NCBI RefSeq assembly: GCF_018977255.1
Contig: NW_024704742.1
Coordinates: 30,320,001-30,384,000 of the forward strand
DNA length: 64,000 nt
Origin: Callorhinchus milii
Taxonomy: Eukaryota
Reading direction: 5' to 3'
The notes below the pieces were generated by a model, which was not told the origin of the DNA, made no database searches, and was given only the letters and a program-made list of their open reading frames with translations. Every line of letters starts with the position of its first letter. Position 1 is the stretch's first letter. Positions 35,886-49,419 of the stretch are shown here, piece by piece. The position numbers were made by a program, and so were the translations under genes.

Positions 35886-36270
35886 TCATTTTATTATTAT
35901 GAAGTCATTGACATTAACCAAAGGAAAAAGTGAATTGTAAATAGCTATTTTTATAAATGCTGTTTTTTTGTGTGTATTTTATATTTAACTTAAAGTGCCT
36001 GTGTTATTGTACATAAATATTTTATGGCTTTTTCTGTTATTGTATATAGGTAATTACTGATTTATTTTTCTGTTGCATATAAATATTTTTCTTGATTTGT
36101 GCAGCTGTAGATAAATATTTTGTACTGATAGTTGTCATTGTATATAAATGTTTCACTGAATTCTTTAAAATAATTTACCAGTTGTGCATATTTTTGTATA
36201 TATTTTGTAGATTTTAACCATTCTCGCTTGTTAATGGCAATTAAATGAATTTTGAATTTCCATGGAAAGG
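35886..36270 (+). other. IL15 AU-rich 3' UTR with ATTTA pentamers and candidate poly(A) signal ATTAAA (36240-36245)
   Basis: Very AT-rich, repeat-free stretch after the stop codon; ATTTA at 35983, 36060 and 36173. The 3' end is inferred. Confidence 0.55.
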
Positions 36271-36904
36271 ATGATGCTGTTTGAATTATAAAACTGATGT
36301 GACAGACATTCACTGTGTTTTTCACTAATTGTTTCGAGTAGGGTGGTCCAGCAGTTTGGCTGGATTCCCTATTTGAGAAATGTCTAGGGGGTTGTTTAAG
36401 CAATATTTTGTGTTTCCCTTCAGAAACATCACATTTACACTGCACCTTTTTCATGTTGAAAGGACCTCTTGATACTGTCGTCTGGGCACCTGAGCTGGGG
36501 TTGGGAACCGAGGGAGGGTGGGATGAGGAGGGTAAAAGATGACCGAAAGCCTGGTCGACGAGTCAGGTCTTGACCTGCCTTGAAAGAGATGAGGGAGGGA
36601 GGGAGTGAGAGGGACTCCAGGAAAGGACTTCCAGAGAGCGGGCGCAAAATGGCAATGGTGGGGCAGATAGGTTGGGCGTACATGAAGCAAGCTGGTGTTT
36701 GCTCTGCTGGGGCGGGAGGTTGCAGAAGTAGTGAGGGAGGGTTGGAATGAAGGACATAGAGAAGTTTTTCACTGGGGAAAGAGGGAGCTTCCTGTGAGGA
36801 AACTCTACGGCACGTCATTTGGTGTTTGTCCTCGGTTCTCCTCATGGTGGCCGAGGGAACTTCCGATCGTCTGTCTTGACAGTGAACCATAAAACACTGC
36901 CCTC

Positions 36905-37185
36905 AATTCTCCTCTCTCTCTGCTCTCTTTTTGTTTTTCTCTCCCTCTCCCTCATGCTCTCTCTCCCTCTCCTCTCACATACTCTTTTCCTCTCTCAATT
37001 ACTCTCTCTCACTCCCCCTCTCTCCCACACAAACTCCCTCTATCCCCTCTCAAATTTTCTCTCAATCTCTTGTATCTTTCTCTTCCCCCTCTCCCTCAGA
37101 TTCACTCCTGCCACCCACACACTCTCCGCCTCTTTCCCCAAATCCCCTTCCCCTCCCTCCTTCCGCTCTCAATCCTCTCTCCCAG
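36905..37185. repeat. CT-rich low-complexity tract
   Basis: Directly visible. Confidence 0.85.
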
Positions 37186-37459
37186 TCAGCCACGCAGGTC
37201 ACTTATCTGCAGCGGCAGGGGGCCAGCCGTCACTAAAGACGTGGTTGGTAAGAGACTCGCTTGCCTTCCTGACAGGCTGCAGCAATGGCCTGTGTTATTT
37301 CCATTCACTACACTGCGTCCTCCCAATCGCCGACTTCTGCGGATGCCACAGGAGGATATTCACCAGGGAGGCAGCGGAAGTTGGAATGCTGGAAATGGTC
37401 TCAGGTTGGACCATGCTGATAGGGTATGTAGCTGAGATACACGAATGTACACTGTGCCA

Positions 37460-37910
37460 GCATTGCTCAGTTAGAAGTACTCTTACCTTGGAAATCAGAA
37501 AGTGGTGGATTTAAGCCCCATGTCAGGACCTGGAACTCACGTAGCCTAAGATGATGCTCCAGTGCAGTCCGGAGGTGTTCTGCGTTGTCGGAGATGCCGT
37601 CTTGTGGATGAGACATTAAACTGAGGTCCCATCTGCCTGTTCACGGGAGAGTTAAAGATCCCATGGCACTATTGGAAAAGAGAAGGACATTTCTCCCAGT
37701 GTCCAAGGCAAAGACCCCCCAAATAAAATTTTGCCTTTTGTTTTTCCCCAAATAAAATTGGTCATTGACTTCATAGCTGGTTATGTGATTTTGCTGTGCG
37801 CAAATTGGCTGCCGTGTTCATCTCCAAAATAAACAATCATTTTCTGTGAAGTGCTTTAGAAATGTCCTCCTGACATGAAAAGCGCTATATCAAATGTAAG
37901 GATTATTATC
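37460..37910 (+). mobile_element. Older, longer DeuSINE (SacSINE1/AmnSINE-like); other copies near 10770-11010, 26375-26760, 29070-29770, 38150-38650, 53112-53510, and 49160-49400 (-)
   Basis: Shared core GGATGAGAC..TAAAC.GAGGTCCC.TCTGCCTGTTCAGGTGGA..TTAAAGATCCCATGGCACTATT, then the Deu domain and L2-type tail. Family name is from recall. Confidence 0.7.
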
Positions 37911-40900
37911 ATTGCTGGTAAAGATGGAACTACAAGGTAAAATACAGTAATCTAGCATCAAATGAAATGGTCTTTATGTCAGATTAAGTGTGAGAATCTT
38001 TATTCCAATGTACAGGTGGTGAGTAAGTCAACACTTTGACACTTGTTTTACTGTTTTTCAACATATAAAATTCCCACAGACTCTGTCTAAAATTGGTTGG
38101 TTTATGCAAACGATTGTAAACTTTTTGCAAATAGTACGAATGTGCCAGGTGTCAGCCTGACTCAGTTTGTAACACTCCCCGAGGTTATGGGTTCAATCCC
38201 CATGTCTTTGAGATTATAGTCTGCGGTGACTCTCCTATGCAGTGTTGGGGGAGTTACATAGAATTACATAGAATGATGAAGCACAGAAACAGGCCATTTA
38301 GTCCAAATAGTCCATGCCAGTATATCCCCTGATAAGTCTAGCGCTGCATTGTTGAACGTGCTATCCTTTGGATGAGATGTTAAACCGAGGTCCCGCCTGC
38401 CTGTTCAGGTGGCAATTTTAGAAAAGAGAAGGGAGTTTCTGTTTATCCTTGTCCTGTCCCTTGTTCTGGCGAACAATCCTCCAGATAAAATTGGTCATTT
38501 ATTTGATGGACTTGATGTTATTTGTAGGCCATTGCTGTGTGCAAATTTACTGCCTACAAATTTACTGCCTCACCACAGATTATAGTAAATCCCCTGAGAT
38601 GTTTTGAAGATATATTTCGAGGGATTTGAATCAAGGTGCTAGATAAATTTTTAGATTTGAGATGTCTCGAAGACGTGATACGACCCTATATCAAATGCAA
38701 GGATTATTATTATTAGATTTGTTCTTTCACCATGCAACTTCTGTATTTGAAAACAGAAGGGAGTTTCTCCCAGTGTCCAGGTCAATAATCTTCCATGTTC
38801 TTTCACCTCATGGATGTTTGTGATATATTTCTCGTGGAAAATGGGTTTTGTGTTTGGATGCAGAAAAAAAAGACTCTTCACGTGAGAGAAATTACTTGTT
38901 AAGTCATTGCCAATGTTTTAATGTGATAAAGTGCTATAAAAATGGAAGTTCAGTCATATCAATGCTAATCCTGCATTAACTGGGAATACCTGAATGTTTT
39001 TTTTAAAGGAATTACAAGATTGAAAAAGTACTTGAAGGGTCAATTGCTGGAAAAGCCACCCATTCACCAATATCTACTTGCCATCCTTCCCTACATAACA
39101 TTAGCCCTTGCACCAGACTCAGTGAGCCCATCACTCCCATCTTCTCAAGCTCAACTATCTCCCTATTCCCTGTCTGGTTGACTTTCTAAGATCCTTGTTC
39201 TTATCTTCAAATGCCTCCTCATCCTTTTCCCTTTCTGTCTCTATAATCTCCTGCGGTCCTACTTGTCCGCTCCCTCCGTTCAGAAGGCGCCGGCCTGCTC
39301 CATGTCTCCCGCATGACCCACCCTATCATCAGTGGCCTCTTCATTCAGCCTCTCTGCCCCCACCCTTTGGAACTCCATCCCACAGTCCCTTCGCCTTGCT
39401 CCCTCCTCTCTTGCCTCCTTCAAGGCACGACTCAAGACCCTCCTTTTTGACTATGCCTTCAGCCGCCCTCCTACCACTCTGCCCTCCCTCACCCCAACCC
39501 TGCCTCCTCACGCTTGGGTCCTGATCCCCGACTGCTCAGCGTCTCGAGATTTAAAGCACCGACATGAAAGGCGCTTTAGAAATGTAATTTTGTTGTTGTT
39601 AGGTCAGGTCTTCCCCCTTACCACCGGTGGCCATACTTTCAGACACTTTGATCCCTGCTTCCTAAAACTCTCCAGAACCACCCCCCACCCCACCACCATC
39701 GCCCCCTGCTGCCCCACCTCAAACAACAACAAACAACAACAACTTATATAGTGCCCTCCATGCAGGGTAGCGTCTCAGAGTATTGAAAACCTGTCTAATC
39801 GGCTTACCTCTATGACTGGCCCCTGGCATCTCCCCTCCACACTTTATGTAGGGCTCCTCTCAGAGGGCACTAAAGAAACGGAGTCGATGGTCTACATTGC
39901 GTTTCAATCATGATGTTAGTCATCTGACTCTCTGCGGAAAAACTGAAGTGTTAGGGAAAAAAATTATTTTAAAAAATTTAAATTAAAACACAGATAGGAG
40001 GAGAAAAGAAATGAGGAGAAAGAGGGGGGAAAAAGCCCCAGGAAAGCGAGGAAGGGCAGAAGAGAAAATCAAACTGGGGTTTTGCAGTTGGTCCTTCACC
40101 TCAATTTGAGCAAGTTGGACAAATCTGGACTTCAACCCCCAACCCCCAATCCTTTGACCTTAGCTCTGCGCTGATTTTGCAGCTGTTGAGATGAAAGTTG
40201 TAGCAGCAGAAGGTGAGGTGCTCAACCCAAAGCAATCTAAATAAAACATTAGTAAATGATATATAATCCTTAAAATTAGCCATCAAGAACTACTAGAAAT
40301 CCCCAACTTCAACAAGCAGGAGTGTTGTTTAAAGTAAGTACACATATGGGAATCTATAACATGATCATCTATAGCATTTGGTTTCCCAGAAGTGAAGTGG
40401 TCAGATTAGGTTTAATCAGAAGAGAGGAGTGGCTGATGCTTTGCAAATCATGTGAAACAGGTTTCATTATGTTTCGTCTTCAGCATTCTCTACAAATGAA
40501 TGCTACAGGGCAACATTCTCCAGGTAAGATACACAAGGAAATCAATAAAAACGAGTTACACTTATATGGCGCTTTTCACTTTGGGACAATGTTTCAATGC
40601 GTTTTATAAAGACTGACTAGGAGCCCAAGCTGGGAGTTGGGCTGGGGAATGGAAGAGTTAACTGAAAGTACAGTGAAAGGGGTAGATCTTTAGGTGGGAT
40701 TTGAAAGCAAGAGGGAATGGGCAAGATGGAGGGAATTTGGGACCGAGTCCCACAAGGTGCGGCAAAGTGGCTGAAGGCTCACCCACCAATGGTAGGGTGG
40801 AGCAGCAGAGTCAATGAAGCATGCTGGAGTTGGTGGAGCAGAAAGAATGGCCAGTAAAGCTAGGAGGTTGTAGATATGATGGATGGAGTGGTCAACAATG

Positions 40901-41000
40901 TCAAAGGGGGTAGAGAGATTGGGGAGAACAAGGAGGCACATGGTTGCAATTGTCATGGTACTCTCCTTTCTTTTCTTTACGTGTGAATTACATGCTCCTT

Positions 41001-41110
41001 CCAGAACTGACGAGAGGTCATTGACCTGAAATGTTAACTCATTTTCCTCTCTCCATAGATGCTCCCTGACCTGCTGTGTGTTCCCAGTGACTTCGGTATT
41101 TATTTCAGAA
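41001..41110 (+). ncRNA. Degenerate hammerhead-ribozyme motif in a short Penelope-type terminal repeat relic
   Basis: CTGACGA (41007-41013), stem II AGGTC/GACCT, GAAA (41028-41031), then TGTTAACT. Confidence 0.5.
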
Positions 41111-41629
41111 TCTGAGTTGTGTTAGTAGTGCTAATTCAGGAGTAAATCCAACTCAGAATCTTACTCACTCCTTGAATTTAGCTCAACCCCCCTTTTTTAT
41201 ACCTCAATATAATCCATGTGAATGGTTCATCCAATCATTCATTCACACCCTTTGAGACCCCAGGTGCAAAATGTCAAAGGTTCATCACCCCACTCAAATT
41301 TCTTTTCCTGGATACTCCTAAGTCATAAAACCTTTTAACTTAAGGAATTCACAGACCAAAAGGCTCTCCAAAGTCATAAACACATTTAATTCAAGGGTTT
41401 TAAGTAGGGAAAGAATAACATTACATGCTCAACAAGCTTCCTTCTCACTGTTAGATTGATAAGCAAAGTCATTTTTCAACATATTAAGCTTTACAAAAAA
41501 TATCTGTCCCTTAGATGACAGCACCTAGGACCCATTATCGTGAACCCAAGTTTACCCCATACTACATTAACCCTTACTGCACCGTCACACAGTCATTAGA
41601 ATATTGTTTTTGACAATTACCAGAGCTAA

Positions 41630-43275
41630 CCAGGATGACACCCAATTCTATCTCTCTGCCTCTACCCTTGATTTAGGACAGAATGTCTATCAGACATCAA
41701 GTCCTCGATGGGAGCTAACTTGCTACAGTTGAATGTCAACAAGACTGAGGCCCTCCTGAATGGTTGCTGTCAGCACCTCCACACCTCAGGCATTGACAAC
41801 ATCACCATCCAAGGATGCACACTCAACCTTACCAAGCCGGTTCGGGAGCTTGGTGTCTTGTTTGACCCTCAACAACAACAACAACAACAACAACAACAAG
41901 ATTCCATTTATAAAGTGCCTTTCACGTCAGGAGGACGTCCCAAATCAATCCTCTGGGGGATGGGGAGCCAGTGGAGGCGAGCGAGGGTGGGAGTGATGTG
42001 GTCCCGAAGCCTGGTGCGGGACAGTACACGAGCTGCAGAGTTCTGAATGACCTGCAGCTTGTGGAGGGAGGTGGCGGGAAGGCCGGTGAGGAGAGAGTTC
42101 CCATAGTCCAGCCTTGAGGTGACAAAGGCATGAACCAGGGTTTCAGCAGCGTGAGGGGTGAGGTAATGCCGTAGTCTGGCGATGTTCCGGAGGTGATGGA
42201 AGGCGGTGCCAGTTGTGGTGCGGATGTGAGGGAGAAAGGACAACTCAGGGTCGAACAAAACGCCGAGGTTCCTGACTGGCTTTGAGAGGTGGAGAGTGCA
42301 GCCTTGGATGCTGATGGTGTCAGCGCCAGAGGTGCGGAGGCGCTGACGCGAACCAATCAGGAGGGCCTCGGTTTTTCGCACGTTGAGCTGAAGAAAGTTG
42401 TCTCTCGTCCAGGACTCGATGTCGGACAGGCAGGCTGTCAGGACATCGGTGGTCGTGGAGTTGAGAGTGGAGGAAGAAAGGTAGAGTTGGGTGTCATCCG
42501 CATACATGTGGAAGTTAACCCCATGTCTGCGGATGATGTCACCGAGGGGGAGCATATAGACTATCCTTTCTATCCCATATCTGTGCCATGACCTGCTCTG
42601 CCTTCCCAACCTCCGCAACATCGCTCGGCTCTGCCATTGTTTCACACCACAGGCCGCCGAAACCTTCATACACGCATTCAGAATATCCAGGCTTGACTAT
42701 GCAAATTCATTGCTTGTCGGCCTCCCCAACTCTTCCCTCCATAGGCTGCGGATCATCTGGAACTCTGAAGCCTGTATCCTCTCCCACACCAGGCTCTGCG
42801 ACCCTATCACCCCCATCCTCGCCCGACTACACTGGCTTCGCATCACAGAGGATACAGTTCAAGTCCTGGTTCTCACCTTCAAAGCCCTCCATGGCCTTGC
42901 TCCTCCCTACCTCTGCAACCTCCTAAGCCCTTACCAACCTGCTCATTCCCTCCGTTCAGTGGGCTCCGGCCTGCTTCATGTCCCCGCCCTCGCCTGCCCC
43001 ACCATTGGCGGGCAGGCCTCCTGCCAAACTGCTCCCACACTCTGGAACTCCATTCCGCAGACCCTCTGCCTTGCCCTCTCCCTTGCCTCCTTCAAGACCC
43101 ATCTCAAAACCCTCCTCTTCAACCGTGTCTTCGATCAACTTTCTTCAACCCCCTCCACTCTCCCTAATCCCAACCCCCAGTTCGGGTCTGAAACACTGAT
43201 TGTCCAGCGGCTTGGGATGTCCTCCCAACGTGAAAGGCGCTATACAAATGTAATTTTTATTGTTGTTGTTGTTGT
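41630..43275 (+). mobile_element. Older L2 copy interrupted by an antisense young L2
   Basis: Flanks rejoin as GACCCTCAACTATCCTTTCT; (TTG)n tail at about 43260. Confidence 0.88.
41872..42559 (-). mobile_element. Young L2 copy, 5' truncated, with a ~417 bp internal deletion
   Basis: Near-identical to 12833-12894 joined to 13312-13928. Confidence 0.9.
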
Positions 43276-46129
43276 AGTGCGAATGTTCAGTGGGCCACTT
43301 CTTGACAGCTCCAAGGGACCTTCTGGTCCATGGGCCATGGATTGATCACTGCGCTTTACAGTATGTGAAGCACTTTCAGACTTCCTCTCAATATGAAAGG
43401 CGCTATACTAAATGCAAGGATTATTATTTTATTGTTATTCTTATATGACTTGTACCTTAGAAGGGAGCAGCAGGGAGTTTTCATGTCGTATTTCATTCAT
43501 TCATAATAATTCAATTTACTGCTGTTTTAAAGTACAGGTTTCTGATCTGATTTGAGTTAAATTATTTCAGCCAACAAACAATAAATAATTATGATCCTTA
43601 CATTCAACGAAGTGTTTTCAAGACAAGGCTTCAAGGTGACATGCTTTGTAATAGAACGTCAGAATCAAGCCAACTCTCTATGATGTCTCGGAAGTCCAGT
43701 TGCTGAATCAGGCCGATTTGTTGTGCTCAGATGATGTAGTGATGACAGCCCAGCCAGCCTGGCTCATCAATAGGACGTTAAGGGGCAGACCAGGCACTGG
43801 GGCCAGGGATTCTTCCACTCAGTTCCTGTTAGCCCTGCAAGCCAAAGCCCTCATTGTTAAGGTGGTCTTAGCTGGATACACAGCTAAAATCACATAGTTT
43901 GCCATGGAGAGCAGTGTTTGACAAGCTTTCCCGCTGCTTGTCTAGCTTGGAAAGTGCTACCCATTAGGGTATTGGTTTCCAGGGTTAATGGGAGCTGAGA
44001 GGGAAGAATCCATGAATTGACAGCCATCTTGATATTCTTGAGGTCCATGTCCAATGCTGCTTTCTGAGTAGCAGCTGCTTAATCCAGGTCTTCATGTGAG
44101 GGGCTTTAGCAAATAGACACGACTGCTGTGAAGCTGTCTCTGCCTCCAGGGTACTCAGCGACAGCTGGAGCCTCCCTTCCTGCAGCATAATCCATAATTA
44201 CATTTATATCAAGATAATGTATTTAAGATCTATATAAGGTATTACAGAACATAACAGGAAAGATCACGCCCATAATATACTCTTCAGGATACACTAATTA
44301 GATCCCAGACAGAATGACTCCACTCAGAGTCAGTCATATTTGAATGGTGTATAAAAAAGCCTGTGGCTCAGCAGTACGTTTCCAAATCAATTTGGCTTGG
44401 AACTGTCTCCCTGCTTTCAAAAATCAAAAGGCCTGTCCTTTCAACTGTACATTTTATTCCCTCTAAACTTCTCTCACTTCCTACTGTACTACTGTTTTTG
44501 AGAGATGAAAATTCTGCTTGACATTACACACAACCAACTTTGTCAACACACGACTATAAATGGGAAATTCCATTCATGGCTAAGGACAGGGTGTTCTTAA
44601 TCAAGAATGGATTTTTTTTCTCATTTGAGAGATAGATATTCTTTACATAAACAATGCTTTGAAAATATAAGTTATGATTTAAAAGAGCTACTCTGCACTA
44701 ATGACCTTATTAATAATTCATTGAGCAGCAAAAGGACTATGGGTGAATCAAGAATTCTTAACAAAATTCTGATATAAGACAAAAAAGGGGGAGGAGGATT
44801 GACATTTTGAAGCTATTAGTCTTCATGGCCTCTAAAACAACTTTCCCAGCAGGATAGAATGTATGATTATAATAATGATCCTTCATTTGATTTAGCAGCT
44901 TATCACTTCATTGAGATGTCTCAAAGCATTTTACAGGATATACTGTAAAGTGAATTGACTGTATATTTTGTGGGCGAAACACGGCGGTCAATTGCGCACA
45001 AACAGTCATGGATTGAATGATCATGTTATTATTATTTTTTCAAATTGAAACCAGAATAAGTAGAAAACTAGAAGGCTAAAAACAGAATTTGGTTTTAGCC
45101 TCTGGAATGCTTTCCATGAATGTATTCATTTATTCCATGAATAAGTTCCATGAATTTCAAGGCCTAATTGTTATAATTGATTGTAATTAGGAACAAACCA
45201 CTTTTCAGATGTTGATCATATTCAGCAGAACATCAAACAAGTTCATTCAAAAAACAATCCCAAAGATTTATTTTTTCCTAAAACCTGGTGCCAATTTGAG
45301 AGCTTTGAAAAAATCCCACCACATTTTAGGCTAAAAGTTTATCCAACAATAATGCCATAAGTCCTGTGCTCAGTGGTTAGAGCAATCGCCTTGCAAGCGA
45401 GAGACCTGGGTTCAATTCTGTGGAGCTCAACTTACCTTTGTGAGTCTGTTGTATTTATACCCACCTGGTTGGTGTACCTGTGATCTGCTCATGATGGTAC
45501 TTTTCCACTAACCTATGTGCCCTCGTTTATGTCCCTTTTGCTTGCTGAGACTACTTTTCCTCCTTATCTAGCTCCTTGTCCGTACTACCTGTTCTTCATC
45601 AATCCGTATGTTTTCATAACCTTGCATTCCGTGGTCTCTAGTTGGGCGCCCTACTCACAAATCGCTGCATATGAGCCATCTATTCTGTTAATCTTTTCTT
45701 ATACGAACATGGTTCCAGAGGTAGCATCTCATATTTCTTCAAGTAATTTCTTCTCCCATATTCCTCACTTCAGTTCCCTCTTCAATGTAATATATTGGCT
45801 CAAACTGTCTTCACTCACAACCTCCCTGGATAATCTATTCCATACAATCTTTGATACTGTTGTTTCCTTTAAATTCAAATCAAAAGAACATAAGAATTGC
45901 TAGATGAAAGAAGACCAAGGTCCATCCAGTTGGCCTTCCACCATCCTGGCAATCACATTCATATGTCATGTCCCAAAATATATACTGTATCCTGAGATAT
46001 TATTTCCTAAAAGAAATCTATTTAATTTGCTTTTGAAAGAATTGACACTTTCTGCTTGCACCATCTCCCTAAGGCGCCTGTTCCGTACATTTACCACTAG
46101 TCCACTGAAATAGTGTTTCTGCAGATTAA

Positions 46130-46453
46130 TCGTGTTTGAAACATCCCAAAGTGCTTCACAGAATATAGTGTAAAGTGAATTGACTATATTCTGCAGGAGC
46201 AACGTGGCAGTCAGTTGCACACAGCAGTGTGCAAATTTGAGTGAGCAAATTTAAAAAAAAATTGTTTATTTTTTGAAGGCATTATTACCCCCTGGAAATG
46301 CGATCCACTAATCGACTAACAACTGGGTTCCTACGTACTGCTAGGTAAATAGGGCGTAAGGAAACTTTCCTAACATTTTGCTCTATTCGGGAATCGAACC
46401 CAGGTCCTTTCACTTGCGAGGCGAGTGCTCTAACCAATGCTCTACAGGACTCC
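46130..46453 (-). mobile_element. SINE, long subfamily
   Basis: tRNA head at the right end plus the extra internal segment. Confidence 0.8.
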
Positions 46454-46699
46454 AAATTATAAAAAGAGAGGGAGTGTTGTACTAGAGTGTGGGTCATTTT
46501 CTGCTTAACGTCTCACTCAAAGATGATTGCTCTGAAGCTGTCTCTGCTTCCAAGGTGATCATTTTGATGATGGTATAAAGATCTAAGGAAAGATTATTAT
46601 GATTGGATTTGTGTCTCCCTCAGTAACTGAGCAAGTTGATATTTTTAGTTTATTGTTTTAAATGATGTAATTGATGGCTTAAATCTGTGAGTCGAATTT

Positions 46700-46872
46700 G
46701 TGAGTCAATGTTCACCTTTGCCTGGACACTGTCCTGAAAGACTGCACTGGAAAGGGGCGAAGGACACTCCATTCATGTTTGTCCCTCTTCAAGGACAGCA
46801 AGGTCCCAATGCAGACCAAGCTTGTTACAAGATCAGTGTGCAAACAGTCCTCCTTTATGGATCTGAGCTGCT
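46700..46872 (+). mobile_element. RTE-like LINE relic
   Basis: TKL...VLLYGSE remnant across frames. Confidence 0.45.
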
Positions 46873-47439
46873 GGGGATGCAGTGGAGTGACTTCTCCTTG
46901 CCTTCCAGCTCTACCTCCTTTACCCCCTACTCACAAACATCATATACCTCTCCCTGTCCACTGGTACTGTTCCCACCACTTTAAAAATGGCCGTCATCAC
47001 TCCTGTCCTTAAATAAACCCTTCCTGGACCCATCCCTGTTTTCAAACTACCCTCCCTATCTCCAACTTCCACTTCCTCTCCAAGGTCCTGGAACAAATCA
47101 TTGTTTACCAGCTTTGCTCCTTCCTCTCCCGCCACTCCCTTCACAAATCCCTCCAATCGGGTTTCTGTGCTGCCCACAGCCAAGAAACAGCTTTGGTCAA
47201 AGACAAAGTTTAAAGTCATTTCCATCTGTAAAATGTTTCCATCTGCGATCAGGGTTCCCTCTGCCTCCTCGTCCTCCTTGACCTCTCTGTTGCCTTTGAC
47301 ACCGTTGACCACTCTATCCTCTTCCACCAATCCTCCTCTCACCTCAACCTTCATGGTTCATGGTTCTGTCCTTCAATGGTTCAGATCTTATCTCTCACAC
47401 CGTCTCTACTTCATCTCCAAAGGGGGGTGTTGGGGGTGT

Positions 47440-48963
47440 TTGGGGGGAGACAGTAAGCACTTGAATCAAAGTAACATTTGAAGCCAGTGTTAATACATCA
47501 TCTAAGGTAGGTTATCCGCTATCCGTTCAGAGAAATCTGAGCTGCCAATTCAATGAGCTGCTGAGAAATATTCAATGCAAAAGCGTTCATTGCTATCAAG
47601 ACCAGTTTTTTAATAACATCAAAAATTAACCAATATTCTACAAGGAATAAGAGTGGAAGTGTATTGTTTTTACAGTATTATTGGAAAGTGATTTATAGCA
47701 GGTAATTTAAACCAAGCTTTCTGCTCCACAACCCCTGTGGGCTGAGATCAGAGTGGCTTTGTTCTCAACATTTCTAATGTTTAATTCTCTGTTTTAATTT
47801 GATTGCTTGTTGTTTCCCACTTAAATCTATTTCTATTTTTTGTCCAGCGATAGACTGTAAATAGAAATTTTTACTTTTGTTTGCCATTGATTTCCTGCTT
47901 CAGACATTATATTCCACATTTTATTTTCTGTGGGAAATTTCTGTGGGAAGTGGGAAAATGTTTCACCCACAAAATACACCTTCACTTCATTTCAATAACC
48001 ACAACAACAATTTGCATTTATATAGCGCCCCTCACAAAGTCCCAGAGCTCTTAGAGTATATTCTGTGAAGTGCTTTGAGACATCTCAACAGTACGGTAAG
48101 GCGCTATATAAAATGCAAGGATTATTATTAATCCCTCCATTTCACAATTTTTTAAGGATACTGTACTTTCTTTAAGATGTTTAATCTGTGTTTTCTTGGG
48201 CAAAGTGCATTTTTCTGCATCAGGGCAGATGTCTGGTGGCCTATTGCTAAATATACTGGAAAGCAAATACAATATCAACATCTGATGATAAGGTTTGATG
48301 AAAGCTTTGAAACAATTTCAACATCTGATGAGTTTCAATGAACACCTCTCTCTGACAAACCTATCATTTCTCCTGCTCTGTCTCAATCTATTTCTTTATC
48401 TACTTCTTCTTAATAATAATAATAATCCTTGCATTTGATATAGTGCTTTTCACGTCTTCAAGGCGTCTCAAAACGCTTCACAGAATAGACTGTAAAGTGA
48501 ATTAACTGTATATTTGTGGGTGAAACTCGCCAGCCAATTGCGCACAGCAGTGTTCCACAAACAGTCGTGGATCCAAAGTTACCGATTTTATTATTGTTTT
48601 GTTTTGGAGGGATTATTATCAGGCGTGTGGAGTAAGGAAACTTGCCGAAGTTTTGCCCTGTCGGGAATCAAACCCAGGTCTCTCGCTTGTGAGGCGAGTG
48701 CTCTATAACGTTATAACTTAGTTCAGGTGGAATATAACTTAAGTTTTCTTATTGTTCCTCAGATTGCCTATTGAATACACCTGACTAAAGTGTCCCAGGC
48801 TACCTTGTGAATGGTAATGCGGCTGTGCAGAGACTCACAGCAAGTTTATATTAGTCAAAAATTACGAGATTTCTCTGAACAGATAGCGGGTAACCTTTCT
48901 ATGAGGATGAATTAACACTGGCTTCAAATGTTACTTTGATTCAAATGCTTACTATCCCCCCAA
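47440..48963. mobile_element. Non-autonomous element with ~100 bp terminal inverted repeats (47440-47538 / 48867-48963)
   Basis: The arms are reverse complements, including the shared TTGAATCAAAGTAACATTTGAAGCCAGTGTTAAT; no transposase ORF and no clear TSD. Confidence 0.65.
48412..48705 (-). mobile_element. SINE, short-type
   Basis: Tail, Deu domain and partial tRNA head. Confidence 0.8.
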
Positions 48964-49419
48964 TAAAATATGTGTGCACGGTGGGTGGGGCAGAATGTCT
49001 GACTCATTTAAATGATTTGCTAATTTCCTATTGTTTCCCCCCACAAATAATTATTTTAACTGGGATTTTAATCAATAATTGGTATTCTATCATAATTCAG
49101 AAAAGCCTAATATAGGTAATAGGTAATATAACAATTACAAGCAAGGAGGAGTGTAATAATAAAATAAACTTTGCATTTGGTATATACAGCAGCATCTTTC
49201 ATGTGGGGGGGCAGGATGTCCCAGAGGGCTTCAAATGATTTACTGTAAACTGAGGTAACTGTCTATTTTTGGGCAATCACGGCAGCCAATTTGCACACAG
49301 CAATGTCCCACAAACAACCATGGAGTGAGTGAACAATTTTATTGACACTTCTCTTTTCGAATAGTGCCATAGGATCTTTAACATCCACCAGAACAGTCAG
49401 ACGGTCCTCGGACATCTCC

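Noticed and set aside
36819..37514. 231-aa ORF
   Set aside because: Made of antisense L2, a CT-rich tract and a SINE head.
48275..48345. Two CTGATGA motifs with GAAA nearby, a possible hammerhead
   Set aside because: Stems I and III cannot form; a short local duplication explains it.
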